Source: a virus
Lineage: Duplodnaviria > Caudoviricetes
Reading direction: 5' to 3' (one strand)
Virus record (IMG/VR): IMGVR_UViG_3300018063_000039
Location: 1-26,857 of that record
DNA: 26,857 nt
Below, one piece after another: positions 7,067 to 15,795 of the stretch (the first letter of the stretch is position 1; each line of letters starts with the position of its first letter). The translations under genes and the position numbers were made by a program. Under the pieces are notes generated by a model. The model was not told the origin of the DNA. It searched no databases and saw nothing but the letters and a program-made list of their open reading frames with translations.

Positions 7067-8721
7067 TGGACAGCGATCAACAGGCGGTCGAGATTCTTGC
7101 GGAACAGGAACAGCTCGCGGCGGCGCGGAGCCAGCTCGATCAGATCCGCGAGCAGATCGCGCTCCGCATTCTCCCGAACTACGCCAATCAATTTGTCGGA
7201 CAAAATCGCGTCTCGCTCACGCAGGGCGTGCAGAACACCCAGGAGATGGTGGACGCGACGGGGGCGTTGGCGCTCATGACGTTCGCCTCGATCAATGAAT
7301 CCATGCTGACGCCGCATGGCTCGAAATGGCATACGCTGGTGCCGTCCGATCCGCAGTTGCTCAAGGACCGGGAGACGCGGCTGTGGTTCGAGGACCTCAC
7401 GACCCTGGTCTTCAAGTTGCGCTACGCGCCCAAGGCGAATTATGCGAGCCAGAAACGCGAAGACTACACGATGCTGGGGGCGTTCGGCGACGGCTGTATC
7501 TTTACCGATGCCCTCAAGAGTGCGCGGGAGGTCGGGTTTCGGTATCGCGCCGTTCATCCCGGCCAGATTTATTTTCAGGACAATCACCAAGGGCTCATTG
7601 ACAAAGCCTTTCGTCGCTTTCCCCTCACGGCGCGGCAAGCGGTCCAGCAGTTCGGCGAGGCGCTGCCGGAGGAGATTCAGCAGCAAGCGGCTGATCCACG
7701 GCGGAACAATACCGTGCATTGGTTCATCCATAAGACCTCCCCACGCGCCGACTATGATCCGGGGCGGCGCGACATCAAAGGGATGCCGTTTGCCTCGGTC
7801 TATGTGTCCGTGACGAAAAAGGTGACGGTGCGCGAGAACGGCTATCATGCCTTTCCGTACGCGATCAGCCGGTATGTGACGACGCCGGGCGAAGTGCATG
7901 GGCGGAGTCCCGCCATGATGGCCTTGCCCGCGCTCAAATCGCTCAATGAAATGAAGAAGACGCAATTGAAGCAGGGCCATCGCCGAGTGGACCCGATCTT
8001 GCTCACCTATGACGATGGAGTCGCCGATCACTTTTCCTTTAAGCCCGGTTCGCTCAATTCCGGTGCGGTCACGGCGGAAGGCAAACTCCTCGTGCATGCC
8101 CTCCCGACCGGTGATCTCGCAGCGGGCAAGGACGCGATGGAGGCCGAGCAGCGCACGATCAACGATTTCTTCTTGGTCAATATGTTTCGCATTCTCGTGG
8201 ACTCGCCCCAGAAAACCGCGACGCAGGTGATTGAGGAAAGCCGGGAGAAAGGCGCGTTGCTCACGCCGCACATGGGCCGGCAGCAATCGGAATCGTTGGG
8301 GCCGCAGATTGAACGCGAAGTCGATCTGCTCCGTGAAATGCGTCTGCTCCGTCCGATGCCGCCCGCCCTGCTGGAGGCGCGCGGGGCATATACGATCCAG
8401 TACGATTCACCGCTCTCTCGTCTCGCACGGGCCGAAGAAGCCTCCGGACTCATGCGCGTCGTGGATTGGACGAAGGAGATTGTCGCGGTGACGCAAGATC
8501 CGACCCCGCTCGATCATTTCGACTGGGACACGATCATTCCAGAACTCTGTGATTCCCAAGCGGTGCCGGTGCGGTGGCGGAAACGGATAGCCGCGATTCA
8601 GGCGATGCGGGAGCAGCGCGCGCAGCAGGCGGAGGACCGGCAACTCATCGAGGCGGCCCCGGCGGCCTCAAACGTGTTAAAAACCTTGATGCCGAAACCG
8701 ACCGCTCCGGTGGCCGCATGA
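7066..8721 (+). CDS. Portal protein (head-to-tail connector, T7 gp8/BPP-1 type)
   Basis: 551 aa; motifs FPYAISRY...GEVHGRSPAMMALP, KTATQV...REK...LTP..GRQQSE.LGPQIERE, YDSPLSR; synteny. Confidence 0.95.
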   Translation: MDSDQQAVEILAEQEQLAAARSQLDQIREQIALRILPNYANQFVGQNRVSLTQGVQNTQEMVDATGALALMTFASINESMLTPHGSKWHTLVPSDPQLLKDRETRLWFEDLTTLVFKLRYAPKANYASQKREDYTMLGAFGDGCIFTDALKSAREVGFRYRAVHPGQIYFQDNHQGLIDKAFRRFPLTARQAVQQFGEALPEEIQQQAADPRRNNTVHWFIHKTSPRADYDPGRRDIKGMPFASVYVSVTKKVTVRENGYHAFPYAISRYVTTPGEVHGRSPAMMALPALKSLNEMKKTQLKQGHRRVDPILLTYDDGVADHFSFKPGSLNSGAVTAEGKLLVHALPTGDLAAGKDAMEAEQRTINDFFLVNMFRILVDSPQKTATQVIEESREKGALLTPHMGRQQSESLGPQIEREVDLLREMRLLRPMPPALLEARGAYTIQYDSPLSRLARAEEASGLMRVVDWTKEIVAVTQDPTPLDHFDWDTIIPELCDSQAVPVRWRKRIAAIQAMREQRAQQAEDRQLIEAAPAASNVLKTLMPKPTAPVAA

Positions 8722-8987
8722 CGCTTGAAGAATTGATAAAGGTGAAGATCGTGCTTGACGCATTGGACGCATTCGTTGGTGTCCAGGATGTGCCCGTCGA
8801 GACCATGTTCGACATGGACGCATTGCGGCGCGCTGCTGACGACCCGCGCCTCTTTGTCTCGTCGTCCAATCCAAACGGACTCTGGGTCAATCTCGTGACG
8901 GGGCGTCGTTCGGTGGCAATGGGTGTGGTGAAAGACGACGACTCAACCATCACCTGGGATGCGGTGGCGATGCAGGATGGGCGATGA
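8718..8987 (+). CDS. Hypothetical protein (89 aa, MTLEELIKVK...)
   Basis: ATGA overlaps at both ends; 3' part of track ORF 8574..8987. Confidence 0.65.
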   Translation: MTLEELIKVKIVLDALDAFVGVQDVPVETMFDMDALRRAADDPRLFVSSSNPNGLWVNLVTGRRSVAMGVVKDDDSTITWDAVAMQDGR

Positions 8988-9268
8988 ACGAGATTGTTGA
9001 ACGGGCGCTCGAATTCCTCCGCCATCGTGCCGACGACTATCGCACGGTGTTCCTCGGTCATGGCGCCGCGACGGATCGCGTCCTCGCCGATCTGGCGAAA
9101 TTCTGTCGGGCGCATGAGTCTACCTTTCATGTGGAGCATACCGTGTCGGATCGGTTGGATGGGCGGCGAGAGGTGTGGCTCCGCATTGAACGGTATTTGG
9201 AATTGAACGAAGAACAACTCTGGCAATTGTACGGGAATAAAAGCATCGAATCTGAACCCAAGGAGTAA
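8984..9268 (+). CDS. Bbp19-like small head-module protein
   Basis: YRTVF...RVLADLAKFC...DGRREVWLRIERYL pattern; located between portal and scaffold. Confidence 0.75.
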   Translation: MNEIVERALEFLRHRADDYRTVFLGHGAATDRVLADLAKFCRAHESTFHVEHTVSDRLDGRREVWLRIERYLELNEEQLWQLYGNKSIESEPKE

Positions 9269-9270
9269 GT

Positions 9271-10185
9271 ATGGCTGACGAACCAGCAACAGGGACCACG
9301 ACCACTCCAGCAGTAGCGACTACCGTGCCCGCAGCGGCAGCGGCAACCACCGCGCCCACCATGACCGGCTCCGGCACATTCGATTGGAAGGCGGCGGGCG
9401 TCGATGATGGGGGGTTGGTGCTCGTCGGGGATCGGCAATGGAAGAATCCTGGCGACCTCCTCACGTCCTATCGCAATCTCGAAAAACTCACCGGGGTGCC
9501 CCCTGACCGGCTCATCAAGATGCCGACGGAGAAGGATGGACCCGACGCCTGGAAGCCGATCTTTCAACGGCTCGGCATGCCGGAGACCGCCGACAAATAT
9601 GTCGTGCCGGTGCCGGAGGGGGATAAGGGCGAGTTTGCCACGGTGGCGAAGGGCTGGTTTCACAACGCGAACCTCACGCAAGCGCAAGCGACGAAAGTGG
9701 CCGAGCAGTGGAACACCTTTGTGGCGGCGCAACAGACGAGCCAGCAGGCGGCGCTGGAGACGCGGAATCTGACGGAGGTGACGGCGCTCAAGCAGGCGTG
9801 GGGGGCCGATTACGACGCGAATAGCCAATTGGTCGATAAAGCGGCTGAGGAATTCGGGATGGATCAGGACCTCGTGAATGCCTTGAAGCAAGTGGCGGGG
9901 CCCAAGAAGGCCATGGAGTTCTTGCATCAGATCGGGAAAAAGATGGGGTCGGAAGATCGGTCGGTGCCGGGGATCGACGGGAAAGGCACGACCACGCACA
10001 TGACGCCGGAGATGGCGAAGGCGGAACTGGAGCGGTTACGGGACGACCGCACCTTTGCGCAATTGTTTTCGAGCCCCGATCCCCAGCAGCGTATGGACGC
10101 GCGCAATACCATGAATCGGTTGTCTCAGCAGGCGTACCCGAATTCCACGCCAGCAGGCGGCAGCGCGAGTAGGAGCGCGACATGA
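9271..10185 (+). CDS. Capsid scaffolding (assembly) protein
   Basis: Ala/Thr low-complexity N-terminus, SYRNLEK, LGMPETADKY, LKQAWGADYD; AAGGAG SD; upstream of the capsid gene. Confidence 0.8.
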   Translation: MADEPATGTTTTPAVATTVPAAAAATTAPTMTGSGTFDWKAAGVDDGGLVLVGDRQWKNPGDLLTSYRNLEKLTGVPPDRLIKMPTEKDGPDAWKPIFQRLGMPETADKYVVPVPEGDKGEFATVAKGWFHNANLTQAQATKVAEQWNTFVAAQQTSQQAALETRNLTEVTALKQAWGADYDANSQLVDKAAEEFGMDQDLVNALKQVAGPKKAMEFLHQIGKKMGSEDRSVPGIDGKGTTTHMTPEMAKAELERLRDDRTFAQLFSSPDPQQRMDARNTMNRLSQQAYPNSTPAGGSASRSAT

Positions 10186-10391
10186 TGAGCAACTTAGCCT
10201 CACGGAAAAACCAAATCCTGTCGGAGCTCCTCCAGTTTGATGATCTGTGGATGAAGCATTATGGTCATACACTCGTAGCTGATGAAACTCTGACTGAGTT
10301 TGGGCAGATCATGGAGGTGGAACTTCCCAAATTGTTGCTTCGTGCCAAGATGGTGTTTTTGCGCGACTTCGATAAACAGAATGATTGGTAG
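10182..10391 (+). CDS. Hypothetical protein (69 aa), AT-richer than its neighbours
   Basis: ATGA overlap with the scaffold stop; AGGAG SD. Confidence 0.6.
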   Translation: MMSNLASRKNQILSELLQFDDLWMKHYGHTLVADETLTEFGQIMEVELPKLLLRAKMVFLRDFDKQNDW

Positions 10392-10401
10392 TGTGTCGGT
10401 G

Positions 10402-10430
10402 TTGACAAGTCTGTCCGGTTCGTGTACAGA
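10402..10430 (+). promoter_or_regulatory. Putative capsid promoter TTGACA-N17-TACAGA
   Basis: Perfect -35, weak -10; intergenic, upstream of the structured capsid leader. Confidence 0.45.
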
Positions 10431-10447
10431 CATGTGCAGTAGTCCTC

Positions 10448-10524
10448 GGAAGCCCTCACGCGAGGGTCGAGACTCGGTTCCCTAACCGGGTCCGTCTCGT
10501 GCCAGACGGGAAGCCCTTTTTCTT
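10448..10524 (+). ncRNA. Structured leader upstream of the capsid gene: three consecutive hairpins bracketed by GGAAGCCCT direct repeats, then a T-tract
   Basis: Stems 10452-57/10462-67, 10471-79/10484-92 and 10492-97/10504-09 paired by eye; family unknown. Confidence 0.45.
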
Positions 10525-10556
10525 CACCATCCTGGTTGAACAAAGAGAGGTGCTTC

Positions 10557-11453
10557 ATGCCTGGCATCAATGTCCCCGATCATTACACCATCAGCTTCAG
10601 TACGAATATCACGTTGCTCTTGCAGATCAAGGGCAGCATGCTCCGGTCCTGTGTGACCGAAGGACGTTATACGGGTGAGAAATCGTCCGTGGTCGATCAA
10701 GTCGGGTCCGTGGAAATGCAGGACGTAACGGGTCGGTTTGAACCCAAGACCCGCACGGATGCGAACGTCGATCGGCGCTGGGTGGTGCCGAGCGATTTCG
10801 ACCTCACGCAATCCATCGACAGTTTCGACAAGTTGCGCTTGCTCACCGATCCCGAATCCACACTCGTGCAGGGCGCGGTCTTTGCCGCCGGGCGGAAGAT
10901 CGACCGGCTCATCATCATCGCGTTCATGGGGACGGCGTTGACCGGGAAGCAAGGTGGCACCAACACCAGCTTTAACGCCGCAAACGAAGTCGATGTGGCG
11001 ATCGGCGGGGCGAACAGCCGCTTGAACGTCGATAAGCTCTTGGAGGTCAAGGAGAGGATGCAAGCGAACTTCATCGACTTCGATCGGGAGGAAGTCTATT
11101 GCGGATTGACCGCGAAGGACCATAGCGAACTACTCAGACAGGTCCAGATTGTCAGCAATCAGTTCAACGGCGGGGATAAACCCGTGTTGAAAGATGGGAA
11201 GGTCGATCGGTTCTTGGGCATCATGTTCAAACAATGCGAGCTGATCGAGACGGTGGCCGCAGGCACCAGCGAAGTCAATGTGCCGGTGTGGGTGAAGTCG
11301 GGCATGCACCTTGGCATGTGGAACGACATCACCACGAACGCCTATAAGAATCTCCAGCTCAAAGGCGAGCCGTGGGAATCCTATGTGTACATGACGGCAG
11401 GGGCCACGAGAATCGAAGAGAATAAAGTGTACAACATAGAATCCTTCAGATAA
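10557..11453 (+). CDS. Major capsid protein (BPP-1 Bbp17-like)
   Basis: LLLQIKGSMLR, IDSFDKLRLLTDP, AAGRKIDRLII, GKVDRFLG, GATRIEENKV patterns; GAGAGG SD before ATG at 10557; synteny. Confidence 0.92.
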   Translation: MPGINVPDHYTISFSTNITLLLQIKGSMLRSCVTEGRYTGEKSSVVDQVGSVEMQDVTGRFEPKTRTDANVDRRWVVPSDFDLTQSIDSFDKLRLLTDPESTLVQGAVFAAGRKIDRLIIIAFMGTALTGKQGGTNTSFNAANEVDVAIGGANSRLNVDKLLEVKERMQANFIDFDREEVYCGLTAKDHSELLRQVQIVSNQFNGGDKPVLKDGKVDRFLGIMFKQCELIETVAAGTSEVNVPVWVKSGMHLGMWNDITTNAYKNLQLKGEPWESYVYMTAGATRIEENKVYNIESFR

Positions 11454-11482
11454 TCAAGTACTTACGAAGGATAGTTAAAGTA

Positions 11483-11956
11483 ATGGTGACGGTTAGGAAC
11501 ATTGAGTGGCTGGCTGGATTCTTAGATGGAGAAGGCTGCTTCTATATGAACAGAAGCACATGCCGAATTCAGATCGCCCAGAAAGATCCATGGCCACTCT
11601 TAAAAGTCCAGGGCATCATCGGTGGACGATTTTATAGCGTTAAGGGAAGTATTCCCGGACGACGTTACCATGCACTATTTCTGACTGGTAGACGTGCTGT
11701 TGGCGGGATGATGACGGTGTATTCGCTCATGTCGCCTCGCCGTCAGGCTAAGATCGTAGAGATTCTTGGCCGATGGCGGGCGATCCCGCTCCGTGGCAAG
11801 TGCAATCTCAAAACGCACTGTAAGCGTGGGCATGTACTGAACGTCGATACGACATTCATGCAGTCCAATGGGACCAGCCGTGAATGCAGGGCGTGCAGCA
11901 CCATGCACAAGGCGAACTGGGAGAAACGACGTACGTTGCAAGTAGTGACCGTTTAA
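11483..11956 (+). mobile_element. Free-standing single-motif LAGLIDADG homing endonuclease with C-terminal Cys/His zinc-finger
   Basis: IEWLAGFLDGEGCF motif; KTHCKRGH...RECRAC; AT-richer; interrupts the capsid-cement gene pair. Confidence 0.85.
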
Positions 11957-12008
11957 TCATTTTATCGCCCGCCTCGCCACCACGCGGCGGGCATAAAGGA
12001 GTCTCAAC

Positions 12009-12518
12009 ATGGCTATCGATCTCACGTTAAAGTCCATCGGTCTGACGAATCGTGAAGCGACCCCTCGTGTCCTCAATAACCCCGGTTTGGCTGTGGGGGC
12101 GGTGGAGAAGTGCGCATTCGATGGAGTCTTGTCCGTGCCGGCGTCGCTGAGCGCCACGTCGGTCATTCGCTGCGTGCAAGTGCCGTCGAATTGCATCGTG
12201 ACGGATATACGGTTCACCAGTGGCGCCCAGGCCGCAGGGGCCGGAGACATCGGCGTCTATCGCAACAATGCCAACGGAGGCCTGGTGATTGACGCCGATT
12301 TCTTTGCGTCGGCGGTGGCCGTGACCGCCGCCTCGCTGAACGTCGATGTGCTCGGTGAATCGACCGTCAACACCTTTACCAAGCAGCGTCAACCGCTCTG
12401 GCAGGCGTTGGGACTCACCGCAGATCCCAAGCAAGATTTCGATCTTGCGTTTACCGTGACGACGGATATTACGACAGGACTGCAACCGCTCGCGCTGCGC
12501 GTGCGGTTCGTGCAGTAA
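12009..12518 (+). CDS. Capsid cement/decoration-like protein
   Basis: 169 aa, beta-rich (VPSNCIVTDI, DIGVYR, IDADFFASAV); AAAGGAG SD; position after the capsid gene as for BPP-1 Bbp16. Confidence 0.65.
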   Translation: MAIDLTLKSIGLTNREATPRVLNNPGLAVGAVEKCAFDGVLSVPASLSATSVIRCVQVPSNCIVTDIRFTSGAQAAGAGDIGVYRNNANGGLVIDADFFASAVAVTAASLNVDVLGESTVNTFTKQRQPLWQALGLTADPKQDFDLAFTVTTDITTGLQPLALRVRFVQ

Positions 12519-12530
12519 GGAGGGTGCACA

Positions 12531-12734
12531 ATGGCTGATCGTTTCTATGGGGTCGTGCTCAATCAGCACATGCCGTCACAGGTGATCGAAGGCGCGGCGT
12601 CAGGGGGCGCGGGTGCCACAGTGGAATTGCGCGTGAACGATACCGTGTATGCGCAGAAAATCCGCGTAATTCTGGCGGTGGAAAACCTCTTGAACTATCT
12701 CAGAAGTTCAAAGGAAACCAGCCCGATCGCCTAA
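12531..12734 (+). CDS. Small hypothetical virion-module protein (67 aa)
   Basis: AAGGAGG SD; ORF track. Confidence 0.75.
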   Translation: MADRFYGVVLNQHMPSQVIEGAASGGAGATVELRVNDTVYAQKIRVILAVENLLNYLRSSKETSPIA

Positions 12735-12748
12735 GTGTCCAGTACGAT

Positions 12749-12780
12749 GCGGGCGTCAGGGCGCGATCTCTGACGCCTGC
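12749..12780 (+). other. GC-rich intergenic hairpin (13-bp stem with G-U pairs) between head and tail genes
   Basis: GCGGGCGTCAGGG pairs with CTCTGACGCCTGC; no U-tract. Confidence 0.55.
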
Positions 12781-12798
12781 GTGGTGTAGGGAGCGACC

Positions 12799-13410
12799 AT
12801 GGCCGCGAGCAATGTGTCCATTGCGAATCTCGCCCTACAAAAGTTGGGCGCGGCCAGTATCGTCGCATTGGATGACCGTCCGGGCAGTCCCGCCGAGATG
12901 AACGCCTGCTTCGAGGCGCTTCGAGACACGGAACTGCGCAAGTATCTCTGGAAGTTTGCCCTCCAACGCGCGATCCTCGCCGCCGATGCGACGGCCCCTC
13001 TCTTCACCTATGCGCGCGCCTTTCCGCTCCCGGTGGATTTTCTCAGGCTCATCAAGCCGGCGCGACTCGGCCTCGACTGGCACATCGAGCGTCATCAGAG
13101 TCAACTCTGCATTCTGACCAACGACGCGGCGCCACTCCAGATTCGCTACGTAGCGAAAATCACCGATCCGTCCGCCTTCGATCCCTGCTTTGTCGAGATG
13201 CTCGCGTGCAAACTGGCCTGGCATACCTGTGAGCGGATCACACAATCCAACACCAAGAAGGCGGCGATGCTGGAGGAGTACGAGATCCATCGACGCACGG
13301 CGCGTCAGACAAATGCCTTTGAAGTGGGGAGTAAACCTGAGCCGGTCGATGAGTGGCTGATTGGGCGGAGCAGCGGACAGTTGGTGAATTCAGAATGGAA
13401 TGAAGAGTAG
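12799..13410 (+). CDS. Tail adaptor / tail tubular protein A (T7 gp11-like)
   Basis: SNVSIANLALQKLG, LRKYLWKFALQR, LPVDFLRL, FDPCFVEMLACKLA patterns; synteny. Confidence 0.85.
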   Translation: MAASNVSIANLALQKLGAASIVALDDRPGSPAEMNACFEALRDTELRKYLWKFALQRAILAADATAPLFTYARAFPLPVDFLRLIKPARLGLDWHIERHQSQLCILTNDAAPLQIRYVAKITDPSAFDPCFVEMLACKLAWHTCERITQSNTKKAAMLEEYEIHRRTARQTNAFEVGSKPEPVDEWLIGRSSGQLVNSEWNEE

Positions 13411-13440
13411 GCGACGGCGCCATGACGGAGGGTCGCTCGC

Positions 13441-15795
13441 GTGCCGGCTGCTGCCCCATTGCAAAATAACTTTACCGCTGGGGAGTTCTCGCCGCTCATG
13501 GTGGGGCGCGTGGACTTCGAGCGGTACCGCAACGCCGTCCGCGTCTGCACCAATCAATTGCCCTTTCTGCAAGGGGGGCTGACCCGCCGCCCCGGCTTTC
13601 GTCTCTGCGACGAGGTGAAGGACTCGACGAAGGCCACGCGCACGGTCGGCTTCAAGTTTTCGACCGTCTCGGCCTTTGCGCTCGAATTCGGTGATCTCTA
13701 TATCCGCTTCAAGAAGAATCGCCTCCCCGTCTACGATCTCACCCTCACGATCACCGGCATCTCGCAAGCCAATCCCGGCGTCCTGACGTACACCGGCACC
13801 GATCCAAGTAACGGCGATCACGTCGATGTGGCTGGCGTCATCGGGATGACGGAAGTGAATACTCGCCGCTTCACCGTGGCGAATGTCAATGCCGGTGCGA
13901 ATACCTTTGAATTACAGACGGTCAACGGCGTCAACGTCAATACGACGACGTTTACGGCTTGGTCGAGCGGCGGCACGGCCAAGCGCGTCTATACGCTCGT
14001 CACGGGGTATCTGGCGGCGGACCTGTTTCAATTGAAATTCAAGCAGTCGGCGGACGTGCTGTATATCTGGAACGTGAACTACCCGGAGCGGAAATTGTCG
14101 CGGCTTGCCGACAATAGCTGGACGCTGGCGGATACCCTGTTTCTCGACGGCCCGTATCTGGCGGAAAATATCACCACGACGACGTTGACGCCGGCGGCAG
14201 CCACGGGGAATAACATCGTCCTGACCGCCTCGGCGATCACCGGCATCAATAACGATACGGGCTTTCAAACCACCGACGTAGGGCGGCTCATTCGGATTCA
14301 AGAAGGCACGGTCTGGGGCTATGTGCGGATTGTGAGCCGCACCTCCACGACAGTCGTGAATGTCGATATTATCAATACCCTGACCGATACGACGACCAAA
14401 TTGGTGTGGCGACTAGGGCTGTATTCGCAAACAGACGGCTATCCGGCCTGCGGGACATTTTATGGCGATCGGCTCTTTCGCGGCGGCGCGCCGAAGATCC
14501 CGGAACGGTTCGACGGCTCGAAGGTGGGCGATTACGACAATCTGGCGCCCACCAGCCTGACGGGCACCGTGACGGATGACAGCGCGGTCTCCCGCCGTCT
14601 GAATTCAGACGATGTGCAAACGATTCGCTGGATGAACGGCACCTCGAACGGCATCGCGGTGGGGACGTTTGAAGGGGAATGGCTCGTGACCCCCTCAACG
14701 CAAAACCAGGCGATCACGCCGACGAACATCGATTCTAAGCAATCGACGGGTTGGGGGAGCGCCGACATTCAAGCCGTGCGCGCCGGGTCGGCGCTCATCT
14801 TTGTCGAGGCTGGTGGGCGCCGGGTGCGGGAAATGAACTATCTCTATTACGAGAACGTGCTCCAAGCGATTGATGCAACGGTCCTCTCGGAGCATGTGAC
14901 GAAGGGGAAGTACGATCCGGCACTGCCCAAGGCCGGGGCGTCCACGATTGCTGAGTCGGGCCTGGTGGAGATTGCCTATCAAAAAAAGAAGATTCCGACG
15001 ATCTGGGGGCCACGGAAAGACGGGGTACTCCTCAGTATGGTCTACAGCAAGGACGATAAAGTGATCGGCTGGCAGCGGCATCCGGTGGGGGGCTGGTCGA
15101 ACGCAGGGCATACCGTGGGGGCCAAGGTGGAATCGTGCAGCGTGATTCCGGCATCGGATGGGTCGTATGACGAACTCTGGGTCGTGGTCAATCGCTATAT
15201 CAACGGGCGCACGGTCAGAACGCATGAATTTCTCACGGATGTCTGGGAGCAGGGCAATGCTCCACCGAACGCCTTTTTCGTCGATTGCGGACTCACCTAT
15301 ACCGGCACACCGACCACGACGGGGACAGGGGCCTTTCATCTCGCGGGAGAAACCGTGCAGGTGTTAGTAGATGGCAAGACCCATCCCGATATAACGATTA
15401 CCGCCACAGGAGGATGGACGATCAATGACGCGGGGTCCGTCGTGCATCTGGGCTACACCTACACCAGCGATGGACAATGCCTCCGTTTCGATGCGGGGTC
15501 GGCGACCGGCACGGCCCAAGGCAAGATTCAACGGTCGCATCGGGTGATCTTCCGGCTTTACGATAGTTTAGGGTTGCAGGTGGGACGCGATTTTGAGCAT
15601 CTGCACGAACTCACCTTTCGCCTCGCGTCCGATCCGCTCGATCAAGCCGTGCCGTTGTTTACGGGGGATACCGATGATTTTGTGTGGGATGGCGATTACA
15701 CCACGGAGAACTATGTATGTTGGCGCTGGAACAGCCCGTTACCGGGCACGATCTTGGCGGTGATGCCTCAATTAATTACTCAAGACCGCCTCTAG
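13441..15795 (+). CDS. Tail nozzle / tail tubular protein B (T7 gp12-like) with E1-FCCH-like insert
   Basis: 784 aa; QNNFTAGEFSP, QGGLTRRPG, QSADVLYI, GYPACGTFYGDRL, GWQRH, FFVDCG, PLFTGD patterns; GGAGG SD before GTG. Confidence 0.92.
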   Translation: MPAAAPLQNNFTAGEFSPLMVGRVDFERYRNAVRVCTNQLPFLQGGLTRRPGFRLCDEVKDSTKATRTVGFKFSTVSAFALEFGDLYIRFKKNRLPVYDLTLTITGISQANPGVLTYTGTDPSNGDHVDVAGVIGMTEVNTRRFTVANVNAGANTFELQTVNGVNVNTTTFTAWSSGGTAKRVYTLVTGYLAADLFQLKFKQSADVLYIWNVNYPERKLSRLADNSWTLADTLFLDGPYLAENITTTTLTPAAATGNNIVLTASAITGINNDTGFQTTDVGRLIRIQEGTVWGYVRIVSRTSTTVVNVDIINTLTDTTTKLVWRLGLYSQTDGYPACGTFYGDRLFRGGAPKIPERFDGSKVGDYDNLAPTSLTGTVTDDSAVSRRLNSDDVQTIRWMNGTSNGIAVGTFEGEWLVTPSTQNQAITPTNIDSKQSTGWGSADIQAVRAGSALIFVEAGGRRVREMNYLYYENVLQAIDATVLSEHVTKGKYDPALPKAGASTIAESGLVEIAYQKKKIPTIWGPRKDGVLLSMVYSKDDKVIGWQRHPVGGWSNAGHTVGAKVESCSVIPASDGSYDELWVVVNRYINGRTVRTHEFLTDVWEQGNAPPNAFFVDCGLTYTGTPTTTGTGAFHLAGETVQVLVDGKTHPDITITATGGWTINDAGSVVHLGYTYTSDGQCLRFDAGSATGTAQGKIQRSHRVIFRLYDSLGLQVGRDFEHLHELTFRLASDPLDQAVPLFTGDTDDFVWDGDYTTENYVCWRWNSPLPGTILAVMPQLITQDRL

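Noticed and set aside
6700-8286. 528-aa minus-strand ORF, and similar antisense ORFs such as 5339-6169, 9127-9999, 20617-21399 and 24764-25558
   Set aside because: Antisense shadows of well-supported GC-rich genes; no recognisable motifs
11454-12008. Group I intron or intein around the LAGLIDADG gene
   Set aside because: Capsid and cement genes look complete; flanks of 29 and 52 nt are too short for a ribozyme core; no intein splice motifs
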